A model generated the notes under the pieces. That model did no database searches. It worked only from the letters and a program-made list of their open reading frames with translations, and had not been told where the DNA came from. Made by a program: the position numbers and the translations under genes. Positions 9,794 through 19,707 of a stretch of 64,000 nt of DNA are shown one piece after another. Positions within the stretch are counted from its first letter, which is position 1; each line of letters opens with the position of its first letter. Source of the DNA: Spirochaetota bacterium (GTDB lineage: Bacteria > Spirochaetota > UBA4802 > JAFGJZ01); the NCBI GenBank assembly GCA_016934935.1, contig JAFGRW010000050.1:811-64810 (forward strand), in the 5' to 3' direction.

Positions 9794-11192
9794 CTATCTT
9801 TTCTCCATAATCTTTACAGCGAAGTGCTCCGATTGGGCAGACTTGCGCGATCCTGTGAGCAGTTTTTACAGGGGCAGGTAAATTATAATCAAAGAGAAGA
9901 CGGGTGTCAATCCCCCGGTTTTCGAATGAGAGAGGGTAGGGTTCTGATAATTTTTGAGCGGTGTTTATACAGAGCCCGCAGCGCATGCATTTAGCCGGTT
10001 CGTATTCGAGAGCACCGCATATAACAAGCTCAAGATCCCGTTTATGATTTAGTCGCGGTATTGTTGCTGTTTTTATCTTATGATCTTCGGCCGCCTTTTT
10101 TAAAAGACAGGTTTCTGATTTCCAGCAAGTGCAGTCAAGACAGAGTTTGCCGCCGGCAACAGATTCGGTTTTGTGTGCATTTCTCTTCAGCCGGTTTTGC
10201 AGGAGTGTCTCAATTTCGGGAACGCTGCATTTTCCTAAACGCGAGGGCGAACTCTTCTGTCTCAGATGCGGTGTTACCCCTTTTGCGTGAGCTATAACTT
10301 TCGCGGCCTCTTCACGTCCATGATAAAAGGCACGGGCGACAGCCATTTGCGCGGAGATCAAACCTGTATTGATTAATATATCGAAGTCTTGTGTTAAGGG
10401 GTCATCGGTTGCAATATCACGCGTTATCAGTGAGGCGTCTGCCGCTTTTACAAGATTGTCAATTTCAGCAGCTATAACGGGCTTTTCGTCTATGCCGGCT
10501 TTCAGCATACCGGCGTATCCCTGCGAATCGGCAAGTGTGACAGCATATCCATTGCAGGCCGCGTACCACACAGCGGCGATGCCGGCTGGGCCGCCGCCAA
10601 TAATCAATGCCTTCTTTTTATTTGCGTTATCCGCAGTATTATTTTTCAGTACAGGAGGATAGTTTGCGGCAAGAAAATCCTTAACCGGACGTATGCTCAC
10701 CGGTATGCCGTCTTCCTCTTCTGCCCTGCGGCAACTTTTTTCGCATGGCCCCGGACAGAACATATTGCTGGCTCGCGGAAGCGGGATGGCACTGTAGAGA
10801 AGTTGAGCCGCTTCCTCGTATTTTTGGTCTTCGACCAGGCGAACCATTTTATCTGTTTCAAGATGAGCGGGGCAGACAAGCGCACAGGGTGCTGTACAGT
10901 CACCTGCGTGTTCGGCAAGAAGCATTGTTAATGATTGCGTTCTCATATCTTTGACAGCATGTGTGTTTGTATTAAGGCTCATGCCATGGCTGACTTGTGT
11001 CTCGCAGGCCGGCAGAAGCTTCCCGGATTTTGTATCCTCAACAAGACAAAGAAGGCAGGACGCGCGATGATCTCCCATCCCCCGGCACAGCGACGGAATA
11101 TAAATATCGTACCGGTTGCAGACTTCAAGAACAGTCTCTGACTTGCCTGCGGCAAGAGCTTTACCATCAATCGTTATCGTGCATGCTGACAT
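9786..11192 (-). CDS. Fe-S flavoprotein: NuoG/HydA-N-terminal-like 2Fe-2S domain, GltD-like FAD domain and C-terminal 4Fe-4S motifs
   Basis: The N-terminus ITIDGK...C..C...C resembles the Fer2_4 type. AEHAGDCTAPC. CPGPCEKSC. Dinucleotide fold LIIGGGPAGIAA. C-terminal CMRCGLC and CPIGAL. SD gaaggag. Confidence 0.7.
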   Translation of the reverse strand: MSACTITIDGKALAAGKSETVLEVCNRYDIYIPSLCRGMGDHRASCLLCLVEDTKSGKLLPACETQVSHGMSLNTNTHAVKDMRTQSLTMLLAEHAGDCTAPCALVCPAHLETDKMVRLVEDQKYEEAAQLLYSAIPLPRASNMFCPGPCEKSCRRAEEEDGIPVSIRPVKDFLAANYPPVLKNNTADNANKKKALIIGGGPAGIAAVWYAACNGYAVTLADSQGYAGMLKAGIDEKPVIAAEIDNLVKAADASLITRDIATDDPLTQDFDILINTGLISAQMAVARAFYHGREEAAKVIAHAKGVTPHLRQKSSPSRLGKCSVPEIETLLQNRLKRNAHKTESVAGGKLCLDCTCWKSETCLLKKAAEDHKIKTATIPRLNHKRDLELVICGALEYEPAKCMRCGLCINTAQKLSEPYPLSFENRGIDTRLLFDYNLPAPVKTAHRIAQVCPIGALRCKDYGEKIDE

Positions 11193-13461
11193 AAACAGCT
11201 CCTTCGGGACAGATTCTGCGGCATGTGCCGCAACGTATGCATAACTTCTGCTGTATTATATGGCGCTCTCCCGGAGTGAATGCAATAGCGCCGGTTGGGC
11301 ACTCCCGCGCGCATCGGGTACATCCAATACAGTCGTCGCTTATTTCAAAGAGCGTTAACTCTCTGCAAACACCGGCCGGGCACCTTCCGTCGATGTGCTG
11401 CAGGTACTCATCTTCAAAATGGGTGAGTGTAGAGAGTACCGGATTCGCAGAAGTGCGTCCGAGGCCGCAGCGTGAAATACTTTTAAGGCTGTTGCCGATT
11501 CTTTTAAGAGAATCAAGATCTTCGGGTTTCCCAGAACCGGTAGTTATGCGTGTTAATATATCGGTCATGGCATGATTGCCTGTACGGCAGATAACACAGC
11601 GTCCGCAGCTCTCCATTGCCGAAAAGGCGGTAAAGTAGCGGGCCATCTCGACCATACAGTCATTTGTATCCAGCACTATAATACCTCCGGAACCCATCAT
11701 CGCTCCAATGCCTGCAAGCGAGTCAAAATCTATCGGAACATCAAGAGCCGATTTGTCCAGACAGCCGCCGGAGGGGCCGCCAATCTGTACCGCCTTGAAG
11801 CGGCTGCCGTCTGGAACGCCACCACCAATATCTTCAATAATTGTACGCAGTGTTGTACCCAAAGGGACCTCAATAAGCCCGGGACGGTTGATCTTGCCCG
11901 CAAGGGCAAAACTCTTTGTTCCCCGGTTATTACCTTTGCCATGCCGTGTAAAGTTTTCTGTATTACTGATAAGTGAGGGAATTGATGCGAATGTCTCGAC
12001 ATTATTTATTATTGTCGGATGATTATAATATCCCGATTCTGACGGGAAGGGGGGGCGGGGCCGTGGTATTCCTCTGCGCCCCTCAAGCGATTCAAGCAGG
12101 GCGGTCTCTTCTCCGCAAACAAAGGCGCCTGCCCCCTCAACAACAGTAAAAGGAACCCGCAGTTCAGGAATCGCGGCATCCGGACCTATGACCTTTTTTT
12201 CTTTCAGAGTATCAATTGCATGACGTATCTGTCTGATTGCAAGCGGATACTCCGCGCGTATATAGAGTATTGCCTCCGCTGCATGCAGCAGCCAGACAGC
12301 TACGGCTATACCTTCGAGTACAGCAAAGGGAACCGATTCAAGAAGCATCCTGTCCATAAAGGCACCTGGGTCACCTTCGTCGCCGTTGCAGATAACGTAT
12401 TTAATACTATCCATACTCTGCATGGCCATCTGCCACTTGCTGCTGGTCGGATATCCACCGCCTCCGCGTCCACGAAGGCCGCTTTCGGTAATAATCTGTA
12501 AAATCTCTTCACGTGAATGCGAGCGAAAACAACGGTCAATGGCTTCTCCGCCACCTGCATTAATATAGCTGGTGTAACTTAGGGGATCTCTCTCATCACA
12601 ACCAGCGAATGTGAAGCGGCTCTGCATGTTAAAGATATCGGCATATTCAGAGTCAATTCGATTGTCGTTGAGCTGAGCACGTTCGCGTCCGCCTGTAAAG
12701 AGAAGATCTATTAATCTGTCTGTCATGGAGATTGCGCCGGTTGAGCCGGTAAGATACTCGTCTATTATTCGCCGGGCAAGACGCGGTGTAACCTTTCCCC
12801 AGAGTGCTTTTTTACCGTTATCGTGGCTTATCTGTAAAAGAGGGGACTGATGTGATATACCTGTGCAGCCGGTTTGCTCCACGTTAACAGGCAGTTTGCG
12901 AGCCGCTACATGTTCAATGACTGCGTGACGAACACTCTCCGAGCCGGCCGAGCGGCAGCTTGTACACGAGCAGATCTGTACCGTCGTGTTATTTGTCGTA
13001 ACTGTTTGCAACACAGGCAGTTGACGTTCTTTTTTAAATTGTGAGGCAAGAAATGTTTTTATTGTGCCCTCAACATCTTCCGGATTGACAGGTCCATAGA
13101 TGGTATCATCTATCTGCACGGCAGGCGCGAGCATGCAGCAACCAAGACAGGCTACCTTGTCTACAGAGAAGAGTCCTTTTGGATCAATATCTTCATTATC
13201 CGCAATAGAGAGTTTCTCGCGGAAAGTCTCGTAAATCTTTTCGGCTCCCTTCATGTGACAGGCTGTTCCAATACAGACATGTATCGCATGACGTGCCGGC
13301 GGGGTAAACCTGAAATAGGTGTAGAAAGTGGCACATCCCCTAGCTTCGGGATAGCTAAGACCGTATTTTAGAGCAACCGATCGAAGTGATTCTTCAGAAA
13401 GCCAGCCCTCTCTATTCTGTATTATTATCAGTTCATCCAAAATTGTTGCCAATTTTCTCAT
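11167..13461 (-). CDS. NuoE-NuoF fusion (HydC/HydB-like NADH-binding FMN Fe-S flavoprotein) with C-terminal 2x[4Fe-4S]
   Basis: NuoE-like VCIGTAC...ACLGCC. FMN/NADH motifs GRGGGGYPT and NGDEGDPGAFMDR. ESCGRCVICRTG. CIGCTRCARECP and CIRCGTCRRICP. I place the start at ATG 13461, which overlaps the upstream stop (ATGA). The track start at 13524 is rejected. Confidence 0.85.
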   Translation of the reverse strand: MRKLATILDELIIIQNREGWLSEESLRSVALKYGLSYPEARGCATFYTYFRFTPPARHAIHVCIGTACHMKGAEKIYETFREKLSIADNEDIDPKGLFSVDKVACLGCCMLAPAVQIDDTIYGPVNPEDVEGTIKTFLASQFKKERQLPVLQTVTTNNTTVQICSCTSCRSAGSESVRHAVIEHVAARKLPVNVEQTGCTGISHQSPLLQISHDNGKKALWGKVTPRLARRIIDEYLTGSTGAISMTDRLIDLLFTGGRERAQLNDNRIDSEYADIFNMQSRFTFAGCDERDPLSYTSYINAGGGEAIDRCFRSHSREEILQIITESGLRGRGGGGYPTSSKWQMAMQSMDSIKYVICNGDEGDPGAFMDRMLLESVPFAVLEGIAVAVWLLHAAEAILYIRAEYPLAIRQIRHAIDTLKEKKVIGPDAAIPELRVPFTVVEGAGAFVCGEETALLESLEGRRGIPRPRPPFPSESGYYNHPTIINNVETFASIPSLISNTENFTRHGKGNNRGTKSFALAGKINRPGLIEVPLGTTLRTIIEDIGGGVPDGSRFKAVQIGGPSGGCLDKSALDVPIDFDSLAGIGAMMGSGGIIVLDTNDCMVEMARYFTAFSAMESCGRCVICRTGNHAMTDILTRITTGSGKPEDLDSLKRIGNSLKSISRCGLGRTSANPVLSTLTHFEDEYLQHIDGRCPAGVCRELTLFEISDDCIGCTRCARECPTGAIAFTPGERHIIQQKLCIRCGTCRRICPEGAVYVSMHDND

Positions 13462-15227
13462 AGGCTCTCTCCAATAGCTAATAACCGACTTGCTGTTCGG
13501 ATAATTAGCCTGTCGCCGGTCCATGCAGGTGTAGCGTCCACAGGCTCTCCAATACTATTAACAATTACCTGCGGATCACTGGTATCAAGTTTAATCATCT
13601 GGCTCTCTCCATCCCGGTCAAAAAGTACAAGGTAGTCGCCTATGATAAGCGGAGAGGCGTACCAGCCAGTTACCTGATCATGTTCCCAGATTAATTCTCC
13701 CGTTTCACTGTTAATACAGTGCAGTATTCCGTAAGATGTCGGGATATAAAGTTTACCGTTATGAGCGATCGGGCTTGATACATCGGGAACAACTTCGAAG
13801 TACTCCCACATAAAGGTTCCTTTCGCCAGATGAAAGGCTTTTATCTCTCGCGCGGGACTGACAGTAAACAGGCGTGTTCCGTCAAACGCGGGAAGAGGGC
13901 ATACCTCTCCCGAAAGAACATCCTGTTCCCAGATCATATCACCAGTCAGGGGGTCGCTCACTGTGACATTTTTACTTCCCTTGGTTACAAGGAGCACCGC
14001 TTTCCCCGTGTCGATAAGAGCCGGTGATGACCATGAAAGCCCTGATGGACGTTGTACCGTATAACGGGTTTCCCCGCTTTTTGAGTCAAGCGCTACGAGA
14101 CGTGAAGGCCCGTTATGATCATATTGAATATAGAGGTGTTCCCGGTATACCCTAAGCGATGAGGCGTATCCGTAACTAATATCAATTTCGCCGGGGTCGT
14201 GCTTCCATAACAGATTACCGTCGTGCGATAATGCAACAACGATTCCGCCCGAAAAAATGGCATAGACACCATGGCTGTCAACGGCCGGACTGGGCGCTGC
14301 CGCACCGGTCTGTTGATCAGCGCTTGGCAGTGTGGTAAAGCCGGCATCAGATAGATTATATGTCCAGAGATGAGAGCCATTATCCAGGCTGTATGCCGAA
14401 ACAAAACCGCGGTTCACATCATCCGAAGATGTTATAAAAATTTTATTTTTATAAATTACAGGGGAACTCTTGCCGGTTTTATTGAGTGGTGTACTCCATA
14501 TAACGTTTTTGCCTGTATTCAGATCCCATGAAAGCGGAGGCTGGCCAGAATTTTGCTGTCCGCTTCCGGATGGCCCTCGAAGCGCGCTCCAGCTGCCTGC
14601 CGCATCTTCCGTGACTGATACATAGTTAGCTTCGAGTGAACGGATTTTTATGCATGGACACTCATCTTTATCTTTTTCTGCTGATTTAAAGAGCTCTGGA
14701 AGCGGAGGGGATCCGGCTATATAATTCTCTGTAAGAATTGAACTGCTAATACCACCCAGACCCGTTATGATAAGAATTGTAGCAAGTACCATCATTGCTC
14801 GTCTTGAAAGGGCAATCTGAGCCCGGGGGCTGTCGCCGGTTCTGGACGACAGACCTGTAAAGGTTATAAATACGGGATCGGCGCCCGGTTTTTGCGATTT
14901 CGCGTACAGAGCCGTTAATATCTGCCAGCAGAAGAAAAAGATTGCCATCGAAATAATCAGAAAAAAGCGCCCCCAGCGAAGTTGGGTAATACGTAAAAAA
15001 TGGGCGCGTCTTACCATCAGGTGCAGTTCCCTGAAAAGTTCCGGGTCAGACTCGCCTTCCTCGAGTCGCGCACGCTCCTCTTCCAGAACAGGATTATCAA
15101 TCGCGTATCCCTGTGAGCTTTGAACAAGGTTTAAGATGAATATTGTTCCGAAAAGAAGTGAAAATATAAAGCTGATAAGCAATATTGATATCAGAACAGA
15201 ATGCAGAGAGTTTCTATCGGGTTTCAT
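13458..15227 (-). CDS. Membrane-anchored PQQ-like beta-propeller repeat protein (P2)
   Basis: Three predicted N-terminal TM segments followed by propeller repeats. Start ATG 15227 follows SD aaggtgat and overlaps the upstream TAA (TAATG). Confidence 0.7.
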   Translation of the reverse strand: MKPDRNSLHSVLISILLISFIFSLLFGTIFILNLVQSSQGYAIDNPVLEEERARLEEGESDPELFRELHLMVRRAHFLRITQLRWGRFFLIISMAIFFFCWQILTALYAKSQKPGADPVFITFTGLSSRTGDSPRAQIALSRRAMMVLATILIITGLGGISSSILTENYIAGSPPLPELFKSAEKDKDECPCIKIRSLEANYVSVTEDAAGSWSALRGPSGSGQQNSGQPPLSWDLNTGKNVIWSTPLNKTGKSSPVIYKNKIFITSSDDVNRGFVSAYSLDNGSHLWTYNLSDAGFTTLPSADQQTGAAAPSPAVDSHGVYAIFSGGIVVALSHDGNLLWKHDPGEIDISYGYASSLRVYREHLYIQYDHNGPSRLVALDSKSGETRYTVQRPSGLSWSSPALIDTGKAVLLVTKGSKNVTVSDPLTGDMIWEQDVLSGEVCPLPAFDGTRLFTVSPAREIKAFHLAKGTFMWEYFEVVPDVSSPIAHNGKLYIPTSYGILHCINSETGELIWEHDQVTGWYASPLIIGDYLVLFDRDGESQMIKLDTSDPQVIVNSIGEPVDATPAWTGDRLIIRTASRLLAIGESL

Positions 15228-16525
15228 TATATCACCTTTTCGCTCAATTTTTTGGATTTTTCGCGTGGGCACGTATTCATGCAGCGGGTACAGAGGAAGC
15301 ACTCCTTCTGTCTGATCTGTGCCGATTCGCGATATCGCCGGAAATCAGTCGAGGCAAGAGAGATGCCAAGAAACAGTCCGGCCACGACACCGCTTATGGT
15401 CATTATGGTAATAAAACGGGTTTTGATCTTTCCGGCTGTGATGGCCAACTCTTCGGGTTTGCCACCCTGTTCAAGAAAAGATTCGACCTCTGTGCTTTCT
15501 GTTTTCTGCTGAATAATAAGCGAGTTAAGACGGACATCGGTGTGTACGAAACTTAAATATCTTCCCGCAAGGTTGCCCGCAAACGCAAGCACTACCATTA
15601 ATGATGCTGTAATCAGAAGAAGCGGAAGAATTTTCGCGCGAGCCTCTTCGGTGTCGATTGGGTTATCGGGAGGGCTGATTGCGTCAGCCGGGCAGAGCTC
15701 GTTACAGAGTTTGCAGTCGCTGCAAGTATGGCCGGTTATTGTCGCTCGCTTGCCGGAGAAGAGAGCCGCCAGAGAGAGCATAACACCATAGGGGCAGATG
15801 ATGCGGCAGTAGGGTCTGTAGAGAATAAGTGAAGTTGCAAGAAAAACGGCGGTCAGAATCCCCATCCCCGTAACACCGCCTGCATGGAAGACTGGAAGAA
15901 AGGGATCCGAAAGACAGATAATATTTGGTGCGCCCGTCCAGGCCGCTGCGGCTGCTGCCCCAATGTAAAATATCGGAACAATAGTAAGGGTCTGCCATAC
16001 GGTTCGTGGAATAGGTAGCCGCTTGATAAAAAGCAGCTCCTGAATCGCGCCAAGCGGGCATGCACCTCCGCAATAGAGCCGCCCCAAAAACAGGGCGGCA
16101 GCGAGCGGTAGCAGAAAGAACAGAAGCACAGGGAGGTCGATGCGTGCCTCGGGATGCAAAAAGAGGGCAAGGACGTTTTGAACACTACCGACAGCGCAAG
16201 GGCATCCCTGACGTACTATTCCGAAATAGAGAAGTCCGGCCAGAGTGACACCCAGAAAAAAAAGGCGTGAACGAAAACGGTAAATAGCAGCCGCTGTTAA
16301 AGTCATTATAATTATCAGAACAATTATATCTCCATAGGCACTCAGAAAACTTCCTGTGTTGCCGAGAACCATCGGGGGATATTCATAACCCGACGCAAAG
16401 TCGGGTTGTGGAAATCTGAATCCGGATTCTGATAAAATTAATGTTAATGGGCTTTTATACACACAATTTCTCCAACATTGCTTCTTAGATACAGGTAACC
16501 GTTCCAGTAGCTTGGCGCAACCCAT
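15227..16525 (-). CDS. NapH/MauN/YccM-family membrane polyferredoxin
   Basis: Multi-TM protein with GRLYCGGACPLG and RPYCRIICPYG (R.xC...CP motifs). C-terminal CSDCKLCNELCP and CTRCMNTCP. Strong SD gaggagg before ATG 16525. Overlaps the P3 3' end by 82 nt; an alternative ATG is at 16372. Confidence 0.75.
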   Translation of the reverse strand: MGCAKLLERLPVSKKQCWRNCVYKSPLTLILSESGFRFPQPDFASGYEYPPMVLGNTGSFLSAYGDIIVLIIIMTLTAAAIYRFRSRLFFLGVTLAGLLYFGIVRQGCPCAVGSVQNVLALFLHPEARIDLPVLLFFLLPLAAALFLGRLYCGGACPLGAIQELLFIKRLPIPRTVWQTLTIVPIFYIGAAAAAAWTGAPNIICLSDPFLPVFHAGGVTGMGILTAVFLATSLILYRPYCRIICPYGVMLSLAALFSGKRATITGHTCSDCKLCNELCPADAISPPDNPIDTEEARAKILPLLLITASLMVVLAFAGNLAGRYLSFVHTDVRLNSLIIQQKTESTEVESFLEQGGKPEELAITAGKIKTRFITIMTISGVVAGLFLGISLASTDFRRYRESAQIRQKECFLCTRCMNTCPREKSKKLSEKVI

Positions 16526-17727
16526 GATCCTCCTCTGCCGCTTTCTGACAGTACATCAAGACCCTCACTCGCGGAAAATCCGGATGTCGTGGGTTCTACC
16601 GTGTGCAGATAGCCGTGTTCCGTAAGGTAAACCAGGGTGTTATTAACTTTAATCAGGGATCCATACATTCCGGTTTTTTCCTGATAGTATATCTCTCCTG
16701 TAAGTGGATCAAGACTGGTAAAGGTACATCGGGCACGCGCGTTTGTGTCGCCGTTTATGCCGAACAGAGCGCCTTCATGCTCAATAAGGCTGCTGAAGTG
16801 AGTACTGATACCCTCCTTGATCCACACCTCTTTAAAAGATCCGGTAGAGAAGTCAAGCAGCGCGTTTCCTTCGTCGCGGTATGATGATGAGATCAGCACC
16901 TTATTGTTATCAATAATTACTGGATCAGCAGCGTTTATATGATACATGTTTATCCACTCGTAACGTGCTTTCTCCTGGCCGTCTGCAGCGTCAATCAACA
17001 GAAGGTGTTGTCCACCAAAAAGCATAATATTGCGCTTACCTTCGTAATCAAACAGAACCGGAGTCGCGTAACCATTTGCCAGTGTTGTATCACCCTTCCA
17101 GATAGTGCTGCCGTCGGTTTCGTTTAGCGCAACGCCGCCGCCAATATTCAGATAAATAACTCCATTTTCGATAACTGGTGACCCGGAAATTCCCCATTCA
17201 TTAATTAGAGTGTTCTCCTCCCGGGCGACATTTCTTTTCCATCGCACACTGCCGTCTTTAACAGAGAGTGAAATAACATCGCCATCACCACCAACAGCTA
17301 TTACGTGTTCACCCGAAATAACCGGCATCGATCGCGGTCCCGCGTATTGATAATCGGTTTTTTGCTCAAACTCAAATTTCCATATAACTTCACCATCGGA
17401 TGAATCCAGGCAATATACCTCTTCAATGATTTCGCTTCCTGTTGCTATTTTGCGTCCCATTGTATAGACGCGGTTATCCGAGACTGCCAGTGCCGAGTAA
17501 CCCCAGCCGACAAAGGCGCGCCAGACTACCGGGTTCTCCTTTTTGATAAAATCAGCATTAAAAACTTCATCTGTTATTGTTCCATTGCTGTTTGGGCCGC
17601 GCCACTGGATCCAGCCTGTGTCCTGAGGGACATTATTGACTTTTTTTGAACACGAAGTTGAAAATAGAATTATTAATACAATATGCAAGACCGGTTTGAT
17701 ACTTTTAAATAAATATTGAAAAACCAT
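16444..17727 (-). CDS. PQQ-like beta-propeller lipoprotein (P3; same subfamily as P5 and P6)
   Basis: Signal peptide ending STSC. Shared motifs GW..WRGP, YAGPR.MPVI, VIYLNIGGG, INAADP, STHFSSLIEH and LYLRSN.GE..C. Confidence 0.75.
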   Translation of the reverse strand: MVFQYLFKSIKPVLHIVLIILFSTSCSKKVNNVPQDTGWIQWRGPNSNGTITDEVFNADFIKKENPVVWRAFVGWGYSALAVSDNRVYTMGRKIATGSEIIEEVYCLDSSDGEVIWKFEFEQKTDYQYAGPRSMPVISGEHVIAVGGDGDVISLSVKDGSVRWKRNVAREENTLINEWGISGSPVIENGVIYLNIGGGVALNETDGSTIWKGDTTLANGYATPVLFDYEGKRNIMLFGGQHLLLIDAADGQEKARYEWINMYHINAADPVIIDNNKVLISSSYRDEGNALLDFSTGSFKEVWIKEGISTHFSSLIEHEGALFGINGDTNARARCTFTSLDPLTGEIYYQEKTGMYGSLIKVNNTLVYLTEHGYLHTVEPTTSGFSASEGLDVLSESGRGGSWVAPSYWNGYLYLRSNVGEIVCIKAH

Positions 17728-17729
17728 AA

Positions 17730-18824
17730 TTATATGATCTCCTCTTTAGAATAAGATTTTGACTGTAATTTTAATTTTGAATATCCGTTAAAGTCCATAA
17801 GATGTGAAAAACCAGCTGAAACCATCATCTTTCTGCAATCGCAAGTTGTAATTTCATCATTATCACGCCATAAAGCGGTAGTAAAACCTTCTTTGTCTTT
17901 TACTGGATGATTCTCCGGATCTCCATGAATTGGTTCCCCAGTCTCGGGAAAAAATGCATTTGCACCGCTAAATAATCCAGCAACACTAGGTGCGTTTACT
18001 GCTATGCTTTTTATGTTTGGTTTGTTTTGGGTTGCCAATGCAACAACTGCAATAATCTGGTTCAGTCTGGATAAACTGACCTGACCGTATTTATATAGCG
18101 GTGAGCCTTTAACGGGAAACCGCTGCATAACTCCGTGCTGAACACATGGATAATCAATTCCTATCCATATTTGCTCAGCCAGCTCTTCAGGTGTATGCTC
18201 CGGTCCAACCGGTTCACACATATTAAACCATGACAATCCAGCCTCCAGGATGTACTCAATAGTTTTTTTTCTTGAATCCGGACTGATGCACGAGTCTGTG
18301 CCTTCTCTCAAGCGGGAAACGTGATAAGCTCCTGTAACGCCGGCATCTTTAAGTTCTTTAAGTTGTGAAAGTGAGAGGTCTCCTACATTAGCCAGTATTT
18401 CAAATTGATTTGGAATTAAATTACGTAAATCTGCACATAAGTCTCTAAACCAATCAAGACCAAACCGATGCATGGTCATTAAGAAAACTCCTTGGGCACC
18501 TCCAAGGACAAATTGTATGCAACGATCTATAATTTCTTGTTTGTCAAGAGCAGACGGTTTAATTAAAGCATTAGAATTCGCAAAAAAACAAAACGCGCAA
18601 TCACCATCACATGGCGCCATATCCACACCAATTTGCCCCAGAAGAAGCGCGTGATTCGAAAATTTTTGACGACTGACAATGTTGGCTGTAGATGTTAATA
18701 TAGATGATTCTAATGAGTTTTCTGGCAACTTCAGTAGATTTATTGCTTCATCTTTTGTAATGGATTTACCGTTCTCGGCGTTCATCAGAATACTGATTAT
18801 TTTTTTGTCAGCTTTCACATTCAT
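17730..18824 (-). CDS. Radical SAM enzyme (BioB/HydE/PylB-like TIM-barrel type, no SPASM tail seen)
   Basis: CDGDCAFC is a CX3CX2C motif at about aa 80, with an upstream helical region typical of the BioB-like group. Confidence 0.65.
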   Translation of the reverse strand: MNVKADKKIISILMNAENGKSITKDEAINLLKLPENSLESSILTSTANIVSRQKFSNHALLLGQIGVDMAPCDGDCAFCFFANSNALIKPSALDKQEIIDRCIQFVLGGAQGVFLMTMHRFGLDWFRDLCADLRNLIPNQFEILANVGDLSLSQLKELKDAGVTGAYHVSRLREGTDSCISPDSRKKTIEYILEAGLSWFNMCEPVGPEHTPEELAEQIWIGIDYPCVQHGVMQRFPVKGSPLYKYGQVSLSRLNQIIAVVALATQNKPNIKSIAVNAPSVAGLFSGANAFFPETGEPIHGDPENHPVKDKEGFTTALWRDNDEITTCDCRKMMVSAGFSHLMDFNGYSKLKLQSKSYSKEEII

Positions 18825-18943
18825 TTCCTGTTATTTGCTAAGGTCAGCGTCTTAAATAAAACCTGGTATACCATAAATTGATGTATGGTTTTTTTCGGTA
18901 TCATAGTATAGCAAACTATTTTTATAAGAGTAAATAATCTGTT

Positions 18944-19489
18944 TTACCCTCCTTTTAGCAGATATGGTAAGCTTGCTTCAGTTGGTCTGATCGCATTTGC
19001 CGGGCACACTGCCGCGATAGCGCACTGGTTACAGTGAGAACAGTACTCCTGATCTATCTGAAGATAGAGCGATCCGTTCCCGAATGCCTCGCAATTTTTA
19101 GCGCACCGTCCACAGCCGATACATAATTCCCGGTTTATTCTGTACTCGAAATAAGGGTTCTCTATAAAATTGCGTTCAATAGCACCAGTCGGACAGATCT
19201 GTCTTTCGGGGGCTGTGTCAAGCATGGCGGTACCTTGCCGATAATATCCCGAACAGAGGTCGCAGTAGCCACAGATTGCGTAGGTATGTACACATCTTAC
19301 AGCTGAGTGAAACTTGACACAGGCATTTTCACAGAGACCGCAGTTGGTACATTTGTCAGGATCGATCTGCCATAACCGCCTCTTGAATGCAATTCGGTTA
19401 AACCATGGTCCCAGTATGAGTCCTGCAACGGTTCCACCAGTGGCCCATAAAAATAGCTTCTTTAACAGGTCGCGTCTGCTTAATGACAT
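18944..19489 (-). CDS. Tat-signal (RRDLLKK) NapG-like poly-[4Fe-4S] ferredoxin
   Basis: MSLSRRDLLKK plus a hydrophobic stretch. Motifs CTNCGLCENAC, CGYCDLC, CIGCGRCAKNC and CSHCNQCAIAAVCP. Confidence 0.75.
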   Translation of the reverse strand: MSLSRRDLLKKLFLWATGGTVAGLILGPWFNRIAFKRRLWQIDPDKCTNCGLCENACVKFHSAVRCVHTYAICGYCDLCSGYYRQGTAMLDTAPERQICPTGAIERNFIENPYFEYRINRELCIGCGRCAKNCEAFGNGSLYLQIDQEYCSHCNQCAIAAVCPANAIRPTEASLPYLLKGG

Positions 19490-19491
19490 GC

Positions 19492-19707
19492 TTATGACTC
19501 CTTGCCGGTAACTCTCTTATACGAGAGAGCTTCAGCTCTTGAGCACTTATTAACAGCTCCACATCCTCTGCATACACCACTGCGGCTGCAACCGGAGCTA
19601 GTATTGTCGGTGTCTATCTTGTCATGCAGCAGGTAACCTCCCATTAACATAAAAGCGGCACCAGCTACAAATCGGCATCCGGTTAGTAAAAATTCTTTAC
19701 GGTTCAT
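19492..19707 (-). CDS. 71-aa membrane-anchored Cys-rich protein resembling the RnfB N-terminal Fe-S domain
   Basis: One TM helix followed by C-x6-C-RG-C-GAVNK-C-SRAEAL (compare RnfB NCGGCGYAGCRAFAEAL, from memory). ATGA overlap with P4 and a 2-nt gap to the ferredoxin gene. Confidence 0.5.
   Translation of the reverse strand: MNRKEFLLTGCRFVAGAAFMLMGGYLLHDKIDTDNTSSGCSRSGVCRGCGAVNKCSRAEALSYKRVTGKES

Noticed and set aside
13462-15302. The upstream-extended starts given by the track for the NuoEF-like gene (13524) and for P2 (15302), and likewise 25969 for the DUF116-polyprenyl synthase.
   Set aside because: The internal ATGs at 13461, 15227 and 26077 overlap the preceding stop codons (ATGA, TAATG, ATGGATAA). 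At 15227 the ATG also follows a good SD. The extensions would overlap upstream genes by 60-110 nt and add residues that do not look like part of the domains.
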